DNA of 64,000 nucleotides from Eledone cirrhosa (GCA_964016885.1 OZ024743.1:300824001-300888000); one strand, 5' to 3'. Counted from the stretch's first letter, positions 31,332-44,311 are shown. Notes: generated from the letters alone by a model not told the origin. A program made the numbers and translations.

Positions 31332-33088
31332 ATATAATGCTATCTCATGTGCCTTCACTTCTATGCTATTCCAATGATATTTAAATGTTTTTTTAACTAG
31401 CAAAGTAAATTACGTTGCGGCTCACTTGCTTTTTTCACTTTCACAGCAACAAATTAGTCGTGCTTGAATAACACTTTTATAATTTAGGAATAAATTGCTG
31501 ATGTGACGTGTGTTGGGAGGGATTTAGGAAAATGCTTGCTTGTACAGATATAGGAAACTGCTTTTTAAAGATTGACGTTCTTGCTATTGTTGTTTTGCTT
31601 CATGGCAGCCATGATCATATCAGCATTGACTCCCAATCATTCATTCTTTCATAGTACATCTATAAAGTATTGTCAACGATGACATTCATTGTCCACGACT
31701 GAAGTGTGTCATCATATGGATTATTGATAGAACTACACGACAGAGTCGTTCTTGTTGGCTTGAATATCACATATGCCATTTAAGTCCACAATGATATATC
31801 GGTCGGGTATACACATAGATGAAAGTATTAGCATTAGTGAGTCATAAATATGAGATTGACAAGCTTTCCCTTTTTACGTGAATATCATTAAAGAAGGCAT
31901 CCTAAAGAATGTTGACTTGTGACATATGTCTAAAATGTAGGCTGGCGTTGATCGAAGAATTACTGGACTCTGTAGAATTTCGCATAATGTCAGATGTATA
32001 CAACAAAAATATTGACAAACATTACATGTAGCTATATATAGAGTTAATGCAATTATGATTGCTTTAGAGAATGGATTGTATGAGGCAAATGAATGCTTTT
32101 GAATAATGATGTAATGGAGAGTAGTGAATGTAACGTATGTGACTAACAGCGTATTATTGTTGTGGGTGCCCTGTATAGCACGATAATGTCGTAACATGCT
32201 GGGTGTCAGAATATGAATGTACTGTTTTAATACACACAACACTTCCAAGTGTCTATGTATTAAAAGGAATTAGATAGATGGTAAGTGACTACTACTTTAT
32301 AACTCAAAAAATTACAACGCAATCCTTGTATTTCTGCACGAAACACGTTTTAAAACTAACATTAGTTGTTTTATATAAGTGATTGTATTATTCTAGCACA
32401 CATACACGCATATATATACATGCACACATATGCCTATATGTATGTGTGTAATATGCATACTTAATATAAACACTTTACTACAAGTCTCCCTTCCATAGTA
32501 TTCACCTAATTATTTATTTTTATATACTTTAAATTTCATATCATGTTATGATATTCACTCATTTACTTTCTAAGTCATATAACTATTTAATCATTTACTT
32601 CTTTATAATAGAAATTATATTTTCTTAAAATGAGTATTTACCTTCTAAACCCTGTGTATGCCTGTATATAGATTGTGTTAACCCTCACCCCATCAACATT
32701 TTAATTCTATGATTAATCTTCATCTCCTTCTCTTACTCCACACCTACAAATATACAACCCAAAGCAACACACCCAACACCCACTCATCCCTTCACCTGAT
32801 CCCTGGCCTGTCTAGACACCACAACCGTTCATTCTCCACACCAACCTTTCCCTGAACCCAGTGGGAAATCATCCTGCTAGGTTATTGCAATGACAAATTT
32901 GACAACAGTACAATTGAGTCATTAGTGTCCTATTTCTACACACCCCAAAGCGTGAAAATATTCTTCTTAAAGCCCTATACATTTTTGTGAGGCTTACTGA
33001 ACACACAATCCAAAACTGTCCTGCCATCGCGCGCGGGTTTATACATCTCTTTCTCTCACTTTCTCTCTCTCTCTCCTCTCTCTCCCTC

Positions 33089-33149
<61 letters not shown>

Positions 33150-34141
33150 GGAGAGAGAGAGAATGAGAAAGTGAGAGAGAGAGACAGATAGACAGAGATA
33201 GAGAGAGATTAGCTCATGAAAGTTAAATAGCACGATCATCTATCATATGATTATCAATGTGTAATATTCATGCCAATGTATATCTTTGAGACGAAACGCT
33301 AGCAAATCACCATCATCTAAGCTAAATATCGCAGATATGAAAAACACCAAGCATTACCAATCGTATTTATGTTTGTAGTATAACATAAATACAAACCTTA
33401 TCAATTTATTACCAAGGTAACCTTTCTAAGTTCATTTACAAACCAGGAAACTTCAAATAGCTGAGGTCATGTCAATAGATTATAAAATTTCAATATTTAT
33501 ATGTAATAGTCATTATGAGTGCAGTTAGTGGTTTTATACTTCAGAATGCTGTTCTTTTGATAGAATTTCATAATTGGAATAATTACATGTTATAGACATT
33601 AAGGATATCATTAATTGATAATTGCACTTCGATCACTTAACTATATTTGGACCAATTGTTATAGTCAATAAGCACGTTACTGTGGACTCGCTTAGAATAG
33701 GGAATTTGTAACTGATTTCTTCAAATCTAAGTATACAATATGTTTTCAAATGTTAGTAGTGTTTGGGGTTTTGTACTTATAATGTAATATATAATCCTTT
33801 AGAATGACAACTACTAAGATAAAGTGATACGAATAATCCCTGTCTAGGTTATTATGATAATAGGTGTTATTTGGAGACAGTAAAGTCATATAAGTAAAGA
33901 AATTGTAGAAGAGATTTATACTATAGTATAAATTTTAAATATTTCCAGAACAAAAGACAACGAGAAAATGAAGTTGGCTCCTTATTTAATATATCCGTTG
34001 CGCATAGGTAATCGGGGATAGGGGGAGTGTGCTTAATTTATGTCAATACAGTTTGGAGTAATTCATAATTAGGGCATTCTCGGTTACCCATTCTTTATAT
34101 ATACAAATACAACTGTATGCACACACACAAACGCGGCGAGC

Positions 34142-34204
<63 letters not shown>

Positions 34205-37200
34205 TATTATATGATCATATACTGTTTATATTTTATTGAAAAGTATGGTAATTAAAATGTAGGTATTTAGTACTCGAAAACATATAATACACATGAACAT
34301 TTGAACTAGTATAATTCCACTGATGTGTTTTACCATCACCCATTAAACATAAATTTATTCAAGATATAAACCATTAAATTTATATTATATTGTGAAACGT
34401 TCGCACATAATTAGCTGAGAGTGTGAAGAGTTTTCAATTAAAAGTTGAAAACATCTAATTTATACACCTCCGTGAAATCCAATACCTCGAAATTTCACGA
34501 ATTCTCATAAAAATGCTTGCGAGTAATACTACACTCGAATATATATAACATATAAAATAGAATTAAGAAACGGTAATGTTTATTTGCTGTTACACATATA
34601 CACCAATTTCATAGCTTCATAGCTTCCCCTTTGCATAACATATTTTACTATAAGTGTGATGAAAAAGAATCATATATGGTATCATGCAGAAGAGGGGGCA
34701 CTAGTACATTAAAATAATAGTATGATGCCCAGAGTACATTTCACTTAGAGTTAAACTGATGGAACATTGCTTCAAGGCAATAAAGTGTAAGGTGTTTTAT
34801 TCAATTACTAGCAATTAACTATGTTGTTTACTGAAAATGTTACTGGCCAGGTTCTTTACACAATTGTGAACCAGCTATGTTTCAATAGATGTGAACGAAT
34901 TTTAATACAGTTGTCCCCTGCGGTTTCGTACAATATAACCGCTTTAAAGAAAGCCAAGTGAAAATTGAGATATCATGTATCCCTATAATCTGAAACAGTA
35001 ATACTTCCTCATAAAATGCCACACACAAACGCACACATTCAGAAACAGAGAATATAAATACACAAATACACCAAATGCTTCAACATTTCAGAAAGTTACC
35101 CATTCATATACAAGTATTTGCGCTTATTTAGACACCCAAGCATACAGTCAAAATTGGGGTTTTTCAAGTATGGATATAGTGAAAGCAATTAGTGGTCTGG
35201 TGTGTGCACATTTACATATTTACCTGTAAAAAAGAAGAAAATTGATCATTCATTACGGAACATAACGATACAAAATTTGTTTTTTGAAGCTGCCGTTACA
35301 ATGACGGTATTCCAAGTCACACACGTCAGATTCTCGCAAATGTATCAAAAAATGAATCATATATAATCTATAAAATATACGCAGTGAGTATATCTGAAAA
35401 TGACAGCATGCTTTGGTTGAAAATTATGGAACAAATATACAACAGTTATTTGCAAAATATGGATGTGGTAACGATTAAGTGTAGAATAGAATTGTAATTT
35501 GATGAACCACTATTATAATAAATATGAAAGATATCGAAACTAGGGATCATACGTTAAATAGGAAGGCAACGGTTAAACCTGAATTTACAATAGCCACTTT
35601 GAAATAAAGAACCAAATCTAAACGGGAAATATCTACATATATATGTGGCATTGCTCCAAAATGCAGCAGAGGCAAATCACATTGTTTTATTTTAATTTTG
35701 CACTTAGATTCAAACCATCTTTGTGGTGCATTTTTCAAGATCGGAATGAGAAGAACATTGCCTTTGTTATGTCCATCCTCGAGTATTAGTTTCCTATGTA
35801 TTTACCCATCCTCACGTACTTGTATGAGGCACCATCTTTGCGTCCAAGAATCACAAGAGTAAAATACATGTAGTAAAACATTCTATTTTAGTTGAAAGTC
35901 AATTCGACACATTTCTTAAAAACAGACACAGAAACAAATCAGACCACATCTTTACTGCCCATGAAGAGAAGCGAACGCAAATCGTAATCCTACAATCAGC
36001 CATAGACATAAACTAATACCATGCCAGCATTAACATAACTTTAAACACGTCCTATAACAACATAATCCGGTCATCTAAGTTAAACCACAATCAACCCGCA
36101 GATGGCGTTCTATGTAGAATATATATCATATTAATATGCACAACACGTTTATATTATAATTAATTTTGTACATCAAGAGTAATTATGTATAACGTTGTTT
36201 TTTGTATATGTTATGTAGTATTTATTTTCTGAGCTTGAGAGAAATAGTGATGCATTAATATAATTGGAGGATGCGTCAAAACATTACCCGTTGGCACATC
36301 TTCTGTGCATGAAACCAAAAATAAATTATGGACTTAACAGCTATGAATATATTATGAAAGTATAAAAGCATCAGGTACGCGTTCTTGTCTTCCGATAAAC
36401 ACCTGGTAGATTTTTTTTTATTGGGATGCAGAGTTGTCCATCTAATATATCGATAATATCCTGCTGAACGCCTATTAACGATTTTAAAACTTTCCCAATT
36501 ATACACATATTTAGACAAGTGCATATGTTATTGATTTCTGAAAGTTACGTTCCTAGGCGTCAAGATATTACTTTCAGGACATTGTCTTCTTTTATTTGAA
36601 AAAGTATCGTAGAATGTTGGTAATATTTTTTTCCTTTTCCATGGCGTTGAAACGACAAAAGTGACACAATTTGCTGGCTGCTAGGCAAACAACATGCATG
36701 TTATGTCCTATAATATCTTAAATACAATCTATTTTGATTTTCAATGTTTCGGCTTTTACTTTAAATTCGATAGTTGAAATGAACCAAATAAATGTATTCA
36801 ACACATAACACACAACATTAAGATGTATCATTGAATTGTTTTCCAAAATTTCCATTAAGAATTACATCTTGTTGATTATTTTCGCCCCACTCTACTCAAC
36901 GTTAAGAAATCGAAAATCGACGCATTGCTTCGTTCTTGATTGTGAAACATTTTTACTCGTATGACTAAACCAGTAATTGCAATAACATCTAAATAGTTTC
37001 ACTGAATGAATGAATACTTTTTATCGTTCTCATCATTATCGACAAGTTAGTTGCATATTCATATGTTACATCTACAGATATATCTACTTACATAACGATA
37101 ACTAATATATATACATACATTCATATATACTGACGTCTATTTCATGAGCATATAAATCCATATATATATAAACATATATATATATTTACGTATGTATATA

Positions 37201-37274
37201 TATATATGTATATATATACGTAAATATATTTGTATATATATATACGTAAATATATATGTATATATATTTGTAGG

Positions 37275-37307
<33 letters not shown>

Positions 37308-37313
<6 letters not shown>

Positions 37314-38278
37314 CGTTTCTGAATTTGTTTAGCAAGATTCTTTATCTGAAATCGTGTGTTGAAACCGATATTGTTATACTTTGGGAGGGTCATGTTGCCA
37401 ATAAGAAACACACGCACCAGTTGCTTTCACTTCAATTTAATTTAATATATATTTATAAATTTACAAATTTATAAATTTCTGGTTGGTTGGTTGGTTCCAC
37501 AACCAGATAGTTGTTTATATATATATAGTCATAGTTCTTTCGTCACACACTCTGTGACCTCTTCCGTGACTGGGGATTTCTTTCTTCGTTTCTGTGCCTT
37601 TCCTTTCTTCTATCCTACGCCATTTTGTTTGTGTGTGGGTTGCGTGCTCAGTTTGCGCATGCGCCACATCCGGGTGTCTGTGTGTGTTTGTGTTCATTTT
37701 TCTATTTTTCTATTTATATTTGTTTGTTTATTTATTTATTTATTGTTGGTTGGTTGTTTGTTCTATGTGTGTGTGTGTTTTCATTTTGTCTTGTGTGTGT
37801 TTTCATTTTGTGTGTGTTTTCAATTGTAAGTTGTTTATATATGTGTGTGTGTGTTTTCATTTTCATCCTTAATTGTAAGTTGTGATGTTGCTGTTCCACT
37901 CATATTTTCTATTTAATTTTGGTTTTAATTCTTTTATGCTTACTGCCTCTGTAATTTGCCTAAACATTGCGTCTTTCTTGTGTGTGGATTCTATTTTTAT
38001 TTCTATGCTCTCTAATTTACCCCTGTGTTCTATCTTAGCATGTTGGTAGAGCACAGATGATTCTTTACTATCTTGGAGGTCTCGCCAGTGTTCATTTATT
38101 CGTTCCCCTATACTACGAGCTGTCTCACCTATGTACACTATATTTTTGTTTCTACATTGTCCCTCAGTACATCTTATGCTATATACTACATTTCTAGTTT
38201 TACAGTTAATATGGGGGCTTATTTTACAGGTTATACATTTCTTATCTATACATGAGGGTCTTTGGAACAGGTATGTCT
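37308..38278 (-). repeat. Downstream pseudo-LTR (end of endonuclease, UTR, restart of ORF)
   Basis: Direct repeat of 41590-42559 at offset ~4282. ORF track 37142..37417 repeats the N-terminus [29 protein letters not shown]. Confidence 0.92.
37527..37571 (-). ncRNA. Hammerhead copy in downstream pLTR with core mutation (CGGAAGA)
   Basis: Identical to 41809-41853 except at 37565 (+ strand c instead of a), which changes CUGA to CGGA. Confidence 0.65.
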
Positions 38279-41200
38279 TGCTAATAAGTGTTTTTACGGA
38301 GGTACCAGGTCTTTCTACTATCTTAATATTGAGATTATGTTTCTTTAGGGCCCTTCTAAATTTGTAGGCTAGTTCGCCTCTAGGGGTTGTATTGATGAAC
38401 ATTACACTCTGGTATTTATTGCTATCATACCATGAGTTTATTCTATTGGCCTTGTTCTTAGTTCTTTCTATTCTATTCCAAAATTTGCTCCTATACAAGG
38501 GGCAGGTCCCATTTATGTCATTATTTACCATTTTTTCCCATTTGGTTCTGGCTCCTTTATACACTCTGATTCTATCTCTCTGATTGTAGCCAGAGAACTG
38601 CATACGGTGGATGAAGTGTTGTATGTGTCTCTCTAGTTCTTCGGGGTTGCACATGCGGGACACATTTCTCATCACCCGTATCAAATCCGCAATCAGTATG
38701 TTGATTTTGGTATGGTCCGAAATGGCCGAGTTTCGGTGGATCAGATGTTTGGAAGTCATGGGTTTGGCATAATGGGAATGGAGGATTTGTTTTTGGTTGT
38801 TAATAGTATCTAACCAGAGCTCTGTGTCTAGTACAGGTAATCGATGGTTGGGGTGTCTACTTGGGTAGTCTATAGTAACTCTAATGCTCTGGTGGATGGA
38901 GTTTGCTATTTGCTGGATGCTTTCCATTGTGTTTTTCTCAGGTTCCTGACTGTTCTTTAGTGGGGGTGTCTTAACTACGATGTTTATATCATCTACGTAG
39001 CGGGAGTACATTATCAGGGTTAAGCTGTCTTCTAATTGTTCTTTAAGTTTTTGTTTAAGTCTACTGTCCCACCATACCATGAACAAGTTAGCTATGTCGC
39101 CTGCAATGCTAACACCAATGGCTGCTCCTTCCTCTTGGGCATATGTTTTACCATTAGATTTGAACATATGTTCCTTAAGGGTTAATTTTATGCTGGCCCC
39201 TACCGCATGTGCAATCATTTTCTTCAGTTCATCGTGGTTTTCGGGTGTCCGTATGGCTCTGGTCCACCCGTTCCATCTATCTGTGTGGGTTTTCTTGGCC
39301 ATTGAGGTAATGGTAGGTGGTCTGCCTCTTGCTGGTCTTGTAGGGCACAGGTTGCTAAGGTCATAAGTGTCTAGGTAACTATTACTATGGGTAAGCTTAA
39401 GTAGAAGTCCCAGCTCACTGGTATCAATCCCACGGAACTCAACCTTGCTCTCGCTGATCATTTCGACGCATTTCTCCACAGCAAAATCCACGTCAATAGA
39501 TGGATACAGGGACACAACATCCATACTGCCTATTATGCAGTTTGTTAGGTCCCCAGATCGGTTACCCGCGTCGATTCTGCTGAGGAGGTCCTCCGTGCTG
39601 TCACACACATCTGGGGACATCTCAATGATGGGGCGTATGATCAGGGAGAGGAAGTAGGACAGTCTGTAGTTACTAGCAATGTTAGCCCCACAGACTGGCC
39701 GTGTTGGTGGTCCCGCGACAGGGTCCCAGCCCGTTTTATGGTCTTTTCGAAGCCCATACAACGCCGGCACGTCATTGTTCCAGGCCTGGAAGTTGTTGGC
39801 AGTCCTTTTGTTGGGCTGCATTATATTTGTCCACATCACCATATGGGCATTGAGGGTTTTTTCTCTATCCTCATGCTCCTGTGGTGTTACCTCTCTTGTG
39901 TTAGTGATGTGGGGTTGCATTGCCTGGATGTAGTTTGGCAGGCTGTCAACCGACATTCTGCCAGACTTGTCTGTTGGAAAGCATGCTATCTCTCCATTAC
40001 GCGAGCGCTGCATGAGCTTACGCAAGCCATTTGCAGATTCTTCTCCCAGTTGCTGGGCCTCTATTCTATTATGCTTCTTGCTATACTGTTCTATAATATT
40101 TCTAAGTTCGGATTTAGCTATACTAAATTGTGCTTCTGTTTGTTCATCGACCTGCGACGGCAACTGCGTGCGTTTGTTAAATGGCAAAGTCGTGGCGTGG
40201 ACTCGTCGTAGGTCGAATGATTTATCGGAGGGGTTATAAAACGGAGAGTTCCAGGCTCCTGCTTTATGTGTACTTGCGCTATTGTTAGTTGTGTTGTTTC
40301 TATTTCCACCAACAGCAGCAGCCTCAGCTTCATGGTTGTTTCTATGTCTCTCATAATTACTCCTGTCTCTTTCCACTGGCTCAATGTTGTTATCTACCCT
40401 ATTTTGTGTGTCTGTGTGTTCGTCTTGGTTATTCTCTTTGTCCTTAGTCTCCCTACTCCTTTTAATCCTATTACTTTCTCTTATTTCTCTGATTTCTGTG
40501 CTACTGTCATTACTTGTTTTCTGTGTCTGTGTGTTTGTTAAGATTGTAGTGGTGGTGAGAGGCATTGAATGTGTGTGTGTTGTTGTTGTTGATGTGTGTT
40601 GTTGTTGATGTGTGTTGTTGTCTCCGTGTGTGTGTGTGTTATCGTTGTTGTGTGTGTTGTTATTGTTGTTTGTGTTTGCGTGTCTGTTGTTGTTGTATCT
40701 GGGTATGTTGCTGTTGTTGTTGTTGTTGATGTGTGTGTTGTTGTTATTGTTGTCTCCGTGTGTGTTGTTATTGTTGTTTGTGTCTGCGTGTCTGTTGTAT
40801 CTGGGTATGTTGCTATTGTTGGTATTGTATCTGGGTATGTTGCTATTGTTGTTGTTATTGTTGTTTGTGTCTGTGTGTCTGTTGTTGTTGGGATGTGTGT
40901 TGTATATGTGTGTGCGTATATTGTTGCTTTTGTTTTTGTTTTTGATGCTCCAGCGTAGTTTCGTAAATGATTTTTCTATTTCTGACAGACAACTAATCAT
41001 ATTTACCTTCTTGAATGTCGCAAATTTGGGTGGCAGACGTAACACAGACATTTCATTATTATCTATTTTCGTGTTTCCATAAATGTTGGTATTTTCATTG
41101 TTGAACTCTTCAGATAATGAGGTGTCGGCCATGTTGATACCGTCAATTTTGTCGGGATATCTATTGGTATACTCTATAGTATCCCGATTTAGCTTTGCCT

Positions 41201-41675
41201 GTTTAAGCCACTTTAATTTTCTGTTAAAGTGCTTATTACATTCTTGAGTAATGTACTGTTCTTCGGGGCGTATAAGGCTTATAAATGTTAGTTTTTCTGC
41301 TGGTGTGGTGATTTTAGATATTTCATCTATTAGGTTACGCTTTAGTTTTTCTTGATGACTTAATTCTCTATAGATCTTCTTTTTTATGTTTAGAATTAAA
41401 GTTCGTTTTAGCCTATCTGCTTGTTTTTTGGTGAGTTGTAATCTTCTAACGTCGGTATTGATGGTGTTGGTGTAGATTCTAGAAGTGGTGCACAGTTTTA
41501 TGAAGTGTAGTTGTCGAGATGTTATGGTTTTTCGTAGACAACAGAACATGGTGGTTTTCAGTATCTTGTTAGCCTGGCTAAGGCTTACGATATTTCGTTT
41601 CTGAATTTGTTTAGCAAGATTCTTTATCTGAAATCGTGTGTTGAAACCGATATTGTTATACTTTGGGAGGGTCAT
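37869..41675 (-). CDS. Penelope-like element polyprotein: N-terminal region, reverse transcriptase, Cys-rich linker, C-terminal GIY-YIG endonuclease
   Basis: Uninterrupted ORF. The track starts it at GTG 41699; the first ATG is at 41675. RT motifs: PTDKSG, LYGLRKDHK, PTRPV, GSMDVVSLYPSI, YAQEEGAAIG, YSRYVDD, LPVLD. Linker CIDKKCITC...C. Endonuclease: NVVYSIRC...C...YIGETARSIGERINEH...HAKIEH...RQITEAVSIKELKPKLN. Confidence 0.95.
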   Translation of the reverse strand: MTLPKYNNIGFNTRFQIKNLAKQIQKRNIVSLSQANKILKTTMFCCLRKTITSRQLHFIKLCTTSRIYTNTINTDVRRLQLTKKQADRLKRTLILNIKKKIYRELSHQEKLKRNLIDEISKITTPAEKLTFISLIRPEEQYITQECNKHFNRKLKWLKQAKLNRDTIEYTNRYPDKIDGINMADTSLSEEFNNENTNIYGNTKIDNNEMSVLRLPPKFATFKKVNMISCLSEIEKSFTKLRWSIKNKNKSNNIRTHIYNTHPNNNRHTDTNNNNNNNSNIPRYNTNNSNIPRYNRHADTNNNNNTHGDNNNNNTHINNNNNSNIPRYNNNRHANTNNNNNTHNNDNTHTHGDNNTHQQQHTSTTTTHTHSMPLTTTTILTNTQTQKTSNDSSTEIREIRESNRIKRSRETKDKENNQDEHTDTQNRVDNNIEPVERDRSNYERHRNNHEAEAAAVGGNRNNTTNNSASTHKAGAWNSPFYNPSDKSFDLRRVHATTLPFNKRTQLPSQVDEQTEAQFSIAKSELRNIIEQYSKKHNRIEAQQLGEESANGLRKLMQRSRNGEIACFPTDKSGRMSVDSLPNYIQAMQPHITNTREVTPQEHEDREKTLNAHMVMWTNIMQPNKRTANNFQAWNNDVPALYGLRKDHKTGWDPVAGPPTRPVCGANIASNYRLSYFLSLIIRPIIEMSPDVCDSTEDLLSRIDAGNRSGDLTNCIIGSMDVVSLYPSIDVDFAVEKCVEMISESKVEFRGIDTSELGLLLKLTHSNSYLDTYDLSNLCPTRPARGRPPTITSMAKKTHTDRWNGWTRAIRTPENHDELKKMIAHAVGASIKLTLKEHMFKSNGKTYAQEEGAAIGVSIAGDIANLFMVWWDSRLKQKLKEQLEDSLTLIMYSRYVDDINIVVKTPPLKNSQEPEKNTMESIQQIANSIHQSIRVTIDYPSRHPNHRLPVLDTELWLDTINNQKQILHSHYAKPMTSKHLIHRNSAISDHTKINILIADLIRVMRNVSRMCNPEELERHIQHFIHRMQFSGYNQRDRIRVYKGARTKWEKMVNNDINGTCPLYRSKFWNRIERTKNKANRINSWYDSNKYQSVMFINTTPRGELAYKFRRALKKHNLNIKIVERPGTSVKTLISKTYLFQRPSCIDKKCITCKISPHINCKTRNVVYSIRCTEGQCRNKNIVYIGETARSIGERINEHWRDLQDSKESSVLYQHAKIEHRGKLESIEIKIESTHKKDAMFRQITEAVSIKELKPKLNRKYEWNSNITTYN

Positions 41676-42559
41676 GTTGCCAATAAGAAACACACGCACC
41701 AGTTGCTTTCACTTCAATTTAATTAAATATATATTTATAAATTTACAAATTTATAAATTTCTGGTTGGTTGGTTGGTTCCACAACCAGATAGTTGTTTAT
41801 ATATATATAGTCATAGTTCTTTCGTCACACACTCTGTGACCTCTTCAGTGACTGGGGATTTCTTTCTTCGTTTCTGTGCCTTTCCTTTCTTCTATCCTAC
41901 GCCATTTTGTTTGTGTGTGGGTTGCGTGCTCAGTTTGCGCATGCGCCACATCCGGGTGTCTGTGTGTGTTTGTGTTCATTTTTCTATTTTTCTATTTATA
42001 TTTGTTTGTTTATTTATTTATTTATTGTTGGTTGGTTGTTTGTTCTATGTGTGTGTGTGTTTTCATTTTGTCTTGTGTGTGTTTTCATTTTGTGTGTGTT
42101 TTCAATTGTAAGTTGTTTATATATGTGTGTGTGTGTTTTCATTTTGTCCTTAATTGTAAGTTGTGATGTTGCTGTTCCACTCATATTTTCTATTTAATTT
42201 TGGTTTTAATTCTTTTATGCTTACTGCCTCTGTAATTTGCCTAAACATTGCGTCTTTCTTGTGTGTGGATTCTATTTTTATTTCTATGCTCTCTAATTTA
42301 CCCCTGTGTTCTATCTTAGCATGTTGGTAGAGCACAGATGATTCTTTACTATCTTGGAGGTCTCGCCAGTGTTCATTTATTCGTTCCCCTATACTACGAG
42401 CTGTCTCACCTATGTACACTATATTTTTGTTTCTACATTGTCCCTCAGTACATCTTATGCTATATACTACATTTCTAGTTTTACAGTTAATATGGGGGCT
42501 TATTTTACAGGTTATACATTTCTTATCTATACATGAGGGTCTTTGGGACGGGTATGTCT
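41590..42559 (-). repeat. Upstream pseudo-LTR
   Basis: ORF track 42150..42419 duplicates the GIY-YIG C-terminus. The sequence matches 37308-38278. Confidence 0.92.
41809..41853 (-). ncRNA. Minimal type I hammerhead ribozyme in upstream pLTR
   Basis: Minus strand reads AGUCA-CUGAAGA-G-GUCAC-agagugu-GUGAC-GAAA-gaac-UA-UGACU. Stems I and II pair; stem III is very short. Confidence 0.75.
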
Positions 42560-42655
42560 AGAAGGGCCCTAAAGAAACATAATCTCAATATTAAGATAGT
42601 AGAAAGACCTGGTACCTCCGTAAAAACACTTATTAGCAAGACCCTCCCAAAGTAT

Positions 42656-42784
<129 letters not shown>

Positions 42785-43053
42785 CATATATATATATATA
42801 TATCATAGTATACATATATATATAGATTATATATATATATATATTATACATAACAAAGGAATTGTAGTAAGGAACCAGATGGACCATAACGCACCAGAGT
42901 AATCGATATTTAGGGTAGTAGAGTGGGAAATAGGAAAAAGTATAACCCCGACGGAAGAGCTCAAGCCGTTTCGACGGATATTTCTAGAGTCCAGAAATAG
43001 CCGTCGAAACGGCTTGAGCTCTGCCGTCGGGGTCATACTTTTCCTATATACTA

Positions 43054-43190
<137 letters not shown>

Positions 43191-43487
43191 TAATATATAG
43201 GTATTGTATACCCGTGTCCCATTAAGGTATTGGCCACATAATAATTAGCTCTATGCTTTGGAGCAGAGCCGTATATATAACCCCCGATTGAGCTAAATCC
43301 TTATAACCTGTCCACATTGTTGTGTGTATGATTATAATTGATTGGCACCATGCTAACTAAAGACTACCTGCCTATATCACCCAAGAACATCCCAACCCCA
43401 TCCAGGACTACTTCTTTCCTCTCTTTACTCTTTGTTCTTGAATATTTGGTTGGTAGAGTCCATAACACCAATCAAACCCCTTTTATA

Positions 43488-43532
43488 GCTCTGACGAATC
43501 CTACGGTTACGTAAGGAAGAAACATTGTAAGC
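43488..43532 (+). ncRNA. Minimal type I hammerhead within a ~390-bp TA-flanked insert (43188-43580)
   Basis: GCU-CUGACGA-a-UCCUACG-guua-CGUAaGGA-a-GAAA-CAUUG-UA-AGC. Confidence 0.72.
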
Positions 43533-43579
43533 CAATAAAAATCTGTTGATGTTGTAGACGCTCTTGTGTTCTTTATCAT

Positions 43580-43675
43580 ATATATTTATATATATACACA
43601 TATATATACATATATATATATATAAATATATATACATATATATATTTACAAATATATATACATATATATATACAA

Positions 43676-43720
<45 letters not shown>

Positions 43721-43753
43721 TATGTATACAAATATATATACATGTATATATAA

Positions 43754-43798
<45 letters not shown>

Positions 43799-43825
43799 AA
43801 TATATATACATATATATATATACAA

Positions 43826-43874
<49 letters not shown>

Positions 43875-43959
43875 AATATATATACATATATATATATATA
43901 CATATACACATATATATATATATATACAAATATATATACATATATATATATACATATAC

Positions 43960-44008
<49 letters not shown>

Positions 44009-44025
44009 TATTTATATATATATAA

Positions 44026-44096
<71 letters not shown>

Positions 44097-44136
44097 AATA
44101 TATATACATATATATATATATATATACATATATGGC

Positions 44137-44202
<66 letters not shown>

Positions 44203-44204
44203 TA

Positions 44205-44265
<61 letters not shown>

Positions 44266-44266
44266 T

Positions 44267-44311
<45 letters not shown>

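Noticed and set aside
38073-41082. Plus-strand ORFs overlapping the PLE ORF
   Set aside because: Antisense shadows of the real ORF and of the (GTT)n repeat, with no motifs.
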